A stretch of 63,951 nucleotides of DNA, counting the filler, from Dehalococcoidia bacterium (GTDB lineage: Bacteria > Chloroflexota > Dehalococcoidia > DSTF01 > JACRBR01), in NCBI GenBank assembly GCA_041494685.1. It is 3 parts of 3 records of this genome, joined end to end, with 100 filler letters (N's around TTAATTAATTAA, not from the genome) between each part and the next. Parts side by side here need not be neighbours in the genome. Positions count along the whole stretch, not along the records: positions 57,786 to 63,951 come from JBGQBE010000074.1; 2 more parts are not named here. One strand, 5' to 3'. Positions 58,590 through 63,951 of the stretch are shown piece by piece. Under the pieces are notes generated by a model. The model searched no databases and was not told where the DNA came from. It worked only from the letters and a program-made list of their open reading frames with translations. Within the stretch, counting starts at the first letter, position 1; each line of letters starts with the position of its first letter. A program made the translations under genes and the position numbers.

Positions 58590-60570
58590 CAGGGTGCTCG
58601 TCGCCAATCGCGGCGAGATCGCGTGCCGGATCATGCGGACGTGCGCGCGGATGGGCATCGCCACCGTCGCGGTGTACTCCGACGCGGACTGGGGCGCGTT
58701 GCACGTGCGGCGTGCGGATGACGCCGTGCGCATCGGCCCGGCGCGCGCGGCGGACAGCTACCTGGACGTGGCGGCGGTCGTCGAAGCGGCGCGCCGGGCG
58801 GGCGCCGATGCCATCCATCCCGGCTACGGATTCCTGTCCGAGAATCCGGCGCTGCCGGAGGCGTGCGCGGCGGCGGGCATCACGTTCGTAGGGCCGCCGC
58901 CGGCGGCGATGCGCCTGCTTGGCGACAAGTCTGCGGCGCGGCGGCTGGCCGCCGAGCACGGGGTGCCGGTGTTGCCCGGGCTGGATGTCGCGACGCTGGA
59001 CGAAGACGTGTTGACGGCCGCGGCGGCGGAGGTCGGTTTCCCGCTGATGGTGAAGGCGGCGGCCGGCGGCGGGGGGCGCGGCATGCGGCTCGTGTCGTCG
59101 CGAGAGGAGCTGCCGGCGGCGCTCGCGGGCGCGCGGCGCGAGGCCGAGGCGGCGTTCGGCGACGGCCGGCTGCTGATCGAGCGCGCGGTCGTGGGCGGGC
59201 GGCATGTCGAGGTGCAGGTGCTCGCTGACGCGCACGGCCATGCCGTGCACCTTGGCGAGCGCGACTGCTCGGTGCAGCGGCGGCACCAGAAGGTGATCGA
59301 GGAGAGCCCGGCCCCCGGCATAGACGAAGGGCTGCGGGAGCGCCTGGGCGCCGCGGCGCTGACGGTCGCGCGTGCGGCGGCGTACGTCAACGCGGGCACG
59401 GTCGAGTTCCTGCTCGACGCGGGCGGCAGCTTCTACTTCCTCGAGGTCAACACGCGGCTGCAGGTCGAACATCCGGTGACGGAGCTGGTGACGGGGCTGG
59501 ACCTCGTGGAGCTGCAGCTGCGCGTCGCCGCCGGCGAAGCGTTGCCGTTCGGTCAGGCCGACGTGCGCCGCACCGGCCACGCCATCGAGTGCCGCGTCTA
59601 CGCGGAGGACCCCGAGCGCGGTTACATGCCGTCGAGTGGTCGCGTCACGTACTTCCTGCCGCCGGGCGGCGACGGCGTGCGCGTCGACAGCGGCATCGAG
59701 ACCGGCTCCGCTGTGCCGGCGGAGTACGACCCGCTGCTGGCAAAGGTGATCGTACACGCGCCGACGCGCGCGGCGGCGATCGAGCGCTGTGCGCGTGCCC
59801 TCGATGCGTGCGCGGTGGAGGGCGTGCGGACGAACCTCGGGCTGCTGCAGGCGGTCGTTGGCAATCCGGCGTTCGCGGCCGGCGCGCTCGACTTGGGCCT
59901 GCTCCCGTCGATGCCCGCGAGCGCGTTTGCCGCGAGGTTGCCGGACGATGTGCTGCTCGCGGCTGCGGCGTCGGACTGCGGCCCGTCCGAGCGGGCGCGT
60001 GGCGACGATCCGTGGCGGGCGCTCGGCGCGTGGCGCGCGAGCGGGCGAGTGCGGCTGGAGTACGTGTACCACGGCCATGCGTTTGCCGTGGACGCGGAGC
60101 GCGTCGCCGGGAGCCGGAACGCGTGGCGGATGACGGTGGACGGCCGCGCGCACGAGATCGAAGCCGCCGCACGAGAAGATGACATAACGGTTATGGAAGA
60201 CAGGAGCGAGGCGGCGTGGAGGGTGCGCCGCGACGATCGCCGGCTGACCCTGGAGACGGGCGAGCGGCGGTACGTGCTGGCGCGGCCGGCGCCGTCGGTG
60301 GCCGGCCTGTCGCGGGCCGCGGCCGGCACGGGCGAGATGCGTGCGCCGATGCCGGGCGTCGTCGTGCGGGTGCTGGTGTCGGGCGGCGACCGCGTCGTCG
60401 CGCACCAACCCCTTGTCGTGCTGGAGGCGATGAAGATCGAGCACATCATCGGGTCGAGCATCGACGGCGTGGTGAAGCGGGTAGCGTGCGGCGTCGGGCA
60501 GCGCGTCCGCGAAGGTGAGATACTGGTCGAAGTAGCGAGCGGAGCGGAGCCGGGCGATGCGACTTCCTGA
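58582..60570 (+). CDS. Acyl-CoA carboxylase biotin-containing alpha subunit (methylcrotonyl-CoA carboxylase-like)
   Basis: ANRGEIA; HPGYGFLSEN; GGGGRGMR; RDCSVQRRHQK; NTRLQVEHP; EAMK biotin site. Confidence 0.9.
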   Translation: MCSRVLVANRGEIACRIMRTCARMGIATVAVYSDADWGALHVRRADDAVRIGPARAADSYLDVAAVVEAARRAGADAIHPGYGFLSENPALPEACAAAGITFVGPPPAAMRLLGDKSAARRLAAEHGVPVLPGLDVATLDEDVLTAAAAEVGFPLMVKAAAGGGGRGMRLVSSREELPAALAGARREAEAAFGDGRLLIERAVVGGRHVEVQVLADAHGHAVHLGERDCSVQRRHQKVIEESPAPGIDEGLRERLGAAALTVARAAAYVNAGTVEFLLDAGGSFYFLEVNTRLQVEHPVTELVTGLDLVELQLRVAAGEALPFGQADVRRTGHAIECRVYAEDPERGYMPSSGRVTYFLPPGGDGVRVDSGIETGSAVPAEYDPLLAKVIVHAPTRAAAIERCARALDACAVEGVRTNLGLLQAVVGNPAFAAGALDLGLLPSMPASAFAARLPDDVLLAAAASDCGPSERARGDDPWRALGAWRASGRVRLEYVYHGHAFAVDAERVAGSRNAWRMTVDGRAHEIEAAAREDDITVMEDRSEAAWRVRRDDRRLTLETGERRYVLARPAPSVAGLSRAAAGTGEMRAPMPGVVVRVLVSGGDRVVAHQPLVVLEAMKIEHIIGSSIDGVVKRVACGVGQRVREGEILVEVASGAEPGDATS

Positions 60571-61471
60571 GCGCGTGACGATCACCGAGGTGGGGCCGCG
60601 CGACGGGCTCCAGAACGAAGAGCTGCTGCTGGATGTCGAACGCAAGCTGGAGCTGATCGACCGCCTGGCTGCGTCGGGCCTGCGTCGCATCGAAGCGGCG
60701 TCGTTCGTGAGTCCGAAGGCGATCCCGCAGATGCGGGACGCGGCCGAGGTGATGACGCGACTGCGGCGGCGCCCCGGTGTGACGTACATCGCGCTGGTGC
60801 CGAACGAGACCGGCGCGCGGAACGCCATCGCGGCCGGCGCGGACGAGCTGTCCACGGTCGTGTCGGCGAGCGAGACGCACAACCTGCGCAACATCAATCG
60901 CACCGTTGACGAGACGCTGACGGGCATCGAGACGGTGGCCCGGCTGGCGGACGAGGCGGGCAAGCCCTGGTGCGGCTACGTCTCGACGGCGTTCGGCTGT
61001 CCGTACGAGGGCGCGGTGGCGCCGGCGCGCGTCGTCGAGATCGCCGGCCGGTTGCGCGGCCTGGGCGCGTATGCGATCGCCCTCGGCGACACGATCGGCG
61101 CGGCGGATCCGGTGCAGGTGTCGGCGCTGGTGCGTGCGTTCCGCGAGCGGCTGCCGGGCGTGCCGCTCCGGTTGCATTTCCACGACACGCGCGGGACGGG
61201 GCTGGCAAGCGTGCTGGCCGCGTTGCAGGAGGGCGTCGACAGCTTCGACGGGTCGATCGGCGGGCTGGGAGGTTGCCCGTACGCGCCGGGCGCCGCCGGC
61301 AACGTGGCGACGGAGGATCTGGTGTACATGCTGCACCGGATGGGTGTCGAAACCGGCGTCGACCTGAAGTCGCTGGTCGAGGCGTCGCGGTGGATCGAGG
61401 GCGTCGTCGGCCGCGCGCTGCCGGGGCGGGTGAAGGGCGCCGGTGACGGCGTGTTCAAGGACGGCTCGTGA
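60557..61471 (+). CDS. Hydroxymethylglutaryl-CoA lyase
   Basis: EVGPRDGLQNE; LGDTIG; HFHDTRG; GGLGGCPYAPGA.GN. Confidence 0.93.
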   Translation: MRLPERVTITEVGPRDGLQNEELLLDVERKLELIDRLAASGLRRIEAASFVSPKAIPQMRDAAEVMTRLRRRPGVTYIALVPNETGARNAIAAGADELSTVVSASETHNLRNINRTVDETLTGIETVARLADEAGKPWCGYVSTAFGCPYEGAVAPARVVEIAGRLRGLGAYAIALGDTIGAADPVQVSALVRAFRERLPGVPLRLHFHDTRGTGLASVLAALQEGVDSFDGSIGGLGGCPYAPGAAGNVATEDLVYMLHRMGVETGVDLKSLVEASRWIEGVVGRALPGRVKGAGDGVFKDGS

Positions 61472-62160
61472 TCGAGAAGGTGTTCGCCACGCCCGACGAC
61501 GCGCTGCACGACGTTCCCGACGGCGCCACGATCATGTTCGGCGGCTTCGTGTCGGCGGGCTCGCCCAGCAACCTGATCCTGGCGCTGCGGCGCCGCGGCA
61601 CGACCGGCATCACGGGCATCGCGAACAACATCGGCCTGGGCGATCTGCTCGACGTGCTGTGCGAAAAGCGGCAGCTCGCGAAGTTCATCGCCACCTTCGC
61701 GATCCGCGCGTCCGGCGGGCGCGCGAGCCGCTTCGAGGAGCAGTACGCCAGGCGCGAGGTGGAGCTGGAACTCGTGCCGCAGGGGACGTTCGTCGAGCGG
61801 ATACGCGCGGGCGGCGCCGGTATCGGCGGCTTCCTGACGCGCACGGGCCTGGGCACGGTGGTGCAGGAGGGCAAGCGCGTGGTGGAGGCCGGCGGGGTCG
61901 AGTACCTGCTGGAGCTTCCGTTGCGCGCCGACTTCGCGCTGATCAAAGCGCATCGCGCCGACCGGCTCGGCAACCTGCAGTACCGGTACGCCGGGCGCAA
62001 CTTCAACCCGATCATGGCGACGGCTGCGGACATCGTCATCGCCGAGGTGGAGGAGATCGTCGAAACGGGCGAGATCGACCCGGAGGATGTCGGCACGCCG
62101 GCGGTGTACGTCGACCGCGTTGTGCGCTGCGATCCGGTGCCGGTGCGGTGGGAGGGCTGA
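61468..62160 (+). CDS. 3-oxoacid CoA-transferase subunit A
   Basis: DGATIMFGGF; PQGT.VERIRAGGAGI; ADR.GNL; RNFNP.MATAA. Confidence 0.9.
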   Translation: MIEKVFATPDDALHDVPDGATIMFGGFVSAGSPSNLILALRRRGTTGITGIANNIGLGDLLDVLCEKRQLAKFIATFAIRASGGRASRFEEQYARREVELELVPQGTFVERIRAGGAGIGGFLTRTGLGTVVQEGKRVVEAGGVEYLLELPLRADFALIKAHRADRLGNLQYRYAGRNFNPIMATAADIVIAEVEEIVETGEIDPEDVGTPAVYVDRVVRCDPVPVRWEG

Positions 62161-62162
62161 CG

Positions 62163-62822
62163 ATGGTGCAAGGGCTGAGCCGGGAGCTGATCGCGCTGCG
62201 CGTCGCCCGCGAGCTGCACGACGGCATGGTGGTGAACCTCGGCATCGGCCTGCCGACGCTGGTCTCAAACTTCCTGCCGTCGGGGGAGCAGATCCTCCTG
62301 CAGGCGGAGAACGGCATCCTCGGCTACGGCCGGATCAGCGACGAGAATTTCGACTCCGACCTGATCAACGCCGGCGGCCAGCCGGTGACGCTGCTGCCGG
62401 GCGCCAGCTTCTTCGACAGCGCGGCGTCGTTCGCGATGATCCGGGGCGGGCACGTCGACGTGGCGGTGCTGGGCGGGCTCGAAGTGTCGGAGCGCGGCGA
62501 CCTGGCGAACTGGTACCTGCCGGAGCGCGGCGGCGGCTCGATCGGCGGGGCGATGGACCTGGCGTGCGGCGCGAAGCGGCTGATCGTCGCGATGACGCAC
62601 ACCGCGCGCGGCGGACGCCCGCGCATCCGCACCAGGTGCGAGTACCCGCTGACAGCGCCGGGCGTCGTGGATCTCATCGTCACCGACCTGGCGGTCATCG
62701 AGGTCGGCCCGAACGGCCTGACGCTCACCGAAGTAGCCCCCGGCATCGACCCCGACTACGTCCAATCGCAGACCGAGCCGCACCTGCACCGCTCCCCCAC
62801 CCTCCACGAGATGGAACTTTGA
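62163..62822 (+). CDS. 3-oxoacid CoA-transferase subunit B
   Basis: VNLGIGLPT; AENG catalytic Glu; SFAMIRGGH.D; GGAMDL. Confidence 0.9.
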   Translation: MVQGLSRELIALRVARELHDGMVVNLGIGLPTLVSNFLPSGEQILLQAENGILGYGRISDENFDSDLINAGGQPVTLLPGASFFDSAASFAMIRGGHVDVAVLGGLEVSERGDLANWYLPERGGGSIGGAMDLACGAKRLIVAMTHTARGGRPRIRTRCEYPLTAPGVVDLIVTDLAVIEVGPNGLTLTEVAPGIDPDYVQSQTEPHLHRSPTLHEMEL

Positions 62823-62952
62823 GGCACGCCAACAACCGCCGCGGCGGGGTATGGCGATATCGCTGCCAGTGAACGATGCCGACCGCGGGAAGTCATCCCG
62901 CCGTAGCGGACGGCTGCGCCTCTCATGGGGCTTGTCAATCGTCCGCGCTCGT

Positions 62953-62985
62953 GCGGATCTGTCAATAGCATCTGTGGGAACTACA
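62953..62985 (+). mobile_element. Orphan IS481-like right-end remnant
   Basis: 30/33 identical to 103-135 and ends at the same ...GGGAACTACA; no transposase upstream. Confidence 0.75.
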
Positions 62986-63370
62986 CCTCGTCCGATCGTT
63001 CGCTTTCGTCCAGCGCTTGCGAAGCGAACCAGGCGAATACCTCCGCATCCGGAAAGCGATCGCCAAACTTCTCCAGCGCCCGCCGGACGGTCGGACCCAT
63101 ATCGTGGCCTTCCTGAATCAACGACAGACAGATCGCTGCGGCTGTTCGCGCAAGCGAAAAATCGTCGCTGTTCAAGCCTTCGACCACGAGATCAAACCCC
63201 GCCACTTCTCGCTGATCAAATACGAAATGCAGCGCCAGGAAACGGTCGTGTTCGTCGCCCGACCTCCACGCTGCCCGATATGCTCCCGCCAATTGCCGCT
63301 CCAGGTCGACATTGTGCCGCCGATCTCTCACCGACCACCTCTCGTACATCGATGCGAACCCGGATACCAC
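62981..63370 (-). CDS. Putative cognate immunity protein (helical, HEAT-like)
   Basis: Starts 4 nt after the RHS stop; visibly lower GC; start uncertain (GTG 63370 or ATG 63349). Confidence 0.55.
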   Translation of the reverse strand: MVSGFASMYERWSVRDRRHNVDLERQLAGAYRAAWRSGDEHDRFLALHFVFDQREVAGFDLVVEGLNSDDFSLARTAAAICLSLIQEGHDMGPTVRRALEKFGDRFPDAEVFAWFASQALDESERSDEV

Positions 63371-63374
63371 TATG

Positions 63375-63950
63375 TCACCACCCAGGCAGGCAGCCGAAGC
63401 CGCCGCCTTCCTTTCCCCTTCCCAGATAGCCGCCCGAGCCCGTTCCAGGTAGTTGGTCAGGTAGCTGCAGGTGCGGCTTCGGAATACGGTTGATCAAATC
63501 GGAAATCCAGTCACTGTCCCCAGTGACAATCATGTCCCGCATCCTCTGCTTCGCCCCGATCTCGTTGAAGGACACCTGTCGTTTTCCGGCCCTCATTTCG
63601 TTCAGACATATCTGGAAGAAGTCATCGCATACCTGCGTGTACACCTTGAGCGGGCGTGGCTCTGTCGGATGCTGACGCGTCCAACGCGCCCATTCTCTGC
63701 CCGCCATGCCGGAAACACAACGTGCCCATCCGATTTTGCATGTCGCGAAACTCTGCTCAGTGCCGGCTGCGGGAAGAGGCACCGGCGTTGGCTTGCCCCC
63801 GGGATCGAGTCCGCTCGGATCGACGAAGTTCACGGGATTCCCGCCCGCGTACGCGTACCGCTGCATCAGCGGCAGCGGGTCGCGCGACGCGAAGCGCCCC
63901 GTCGCGGCGTCGTAGTAGCGCGCGCGCAGGTACTGCAGCCCCGTCGCGTC
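63375..63950 (-). CDS. RHS repeat-associated core protein with variable C-terminal toxin tip, 5'-truncated by window end
   Basis: TGLQYLRARYYD..TGRF.SRDP...YAYAGGNPVNFVDPSGL core, followed by about 140 aa of lower-GC tip. Confidence 0.9.
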   Translation of the reverse strand, partial: DATGLQYLRARYYDAATGRFASRDPLPLMQRYAYAGGNPVNFVDPSGLDPGGKPTPVPLPAAGTEQSFATCKIGWARCVSGMAGREWARWTRQHPTEPRPLKVYTQVCDDFFQICLNEMRAGKRQVSFNEIGAKQRMRDMIVTGDSDWISDLINRIPKPHLQLPDQLPGTGSGGYLGRGKEGGGFGCLPGW

Positions 63951-63951
63951 C

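Noticed and set aside
57795..62822. Hydratase-carboxylase-HMG-CoA lyase-SCOT cluster as a novel pathway
   Set aside because: Matches the well-known liu leucine/isovalerate catabolism plus acetoacetate activation genes

Overview
High-GC bacterial DNA, most likely Chloroflexota (Dehalococcoidia-like); this is inferred from the LexA and S12 sequence style and the rpsL-rpsG-fusA-rpsJ order without tuf. The window is three contigs joined by artificial N/TTAATTAATTAA/N linkers (29332-29431, 57686-57785), so adjacency across those points means nothing. Contig 1: IS481 right end, zinc-ribbon gene, murJ, rpsT, a fused str-S10-spc-alpha-truA-rplM-rpsI cluster, lexA with an SOS box, and a cobalamin riboswitch upstream of btuFCD-cobO-cobT. 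Contig 2: accessory genes including a P1B-5 ATPase-hemerythrin, amidohydrolase, acyltransferase, subtilase, a TetR-ClC islet flanked by a 56-bp direct repeat, a GT-C protein with an inserted J-like domain, MBL-recQ-VOC, a J-domain/Ig-like protein, an MMPL gene split by one in-frame TAG, and YodB/CatR-like regulator-yceI. Contig 3: liu/SCOT leucine-catabolism genes, an orphan IS481 end and an RHS toxin tip-immunity pair. Best leads: the J-like insert in the GT-C protein, the candidate SOS-controlled MBL-RecQ operon, the unassigned twin-Cx6C RHS tip, the repeat-flanked ClC islet, a structured ~225-nt rpsL leader and an uncalled 27-aa Lys-rich ORF. No tRNA, rRNA or CRISPR array was seen. All calls are by-eye motif recognition; no searches were run.
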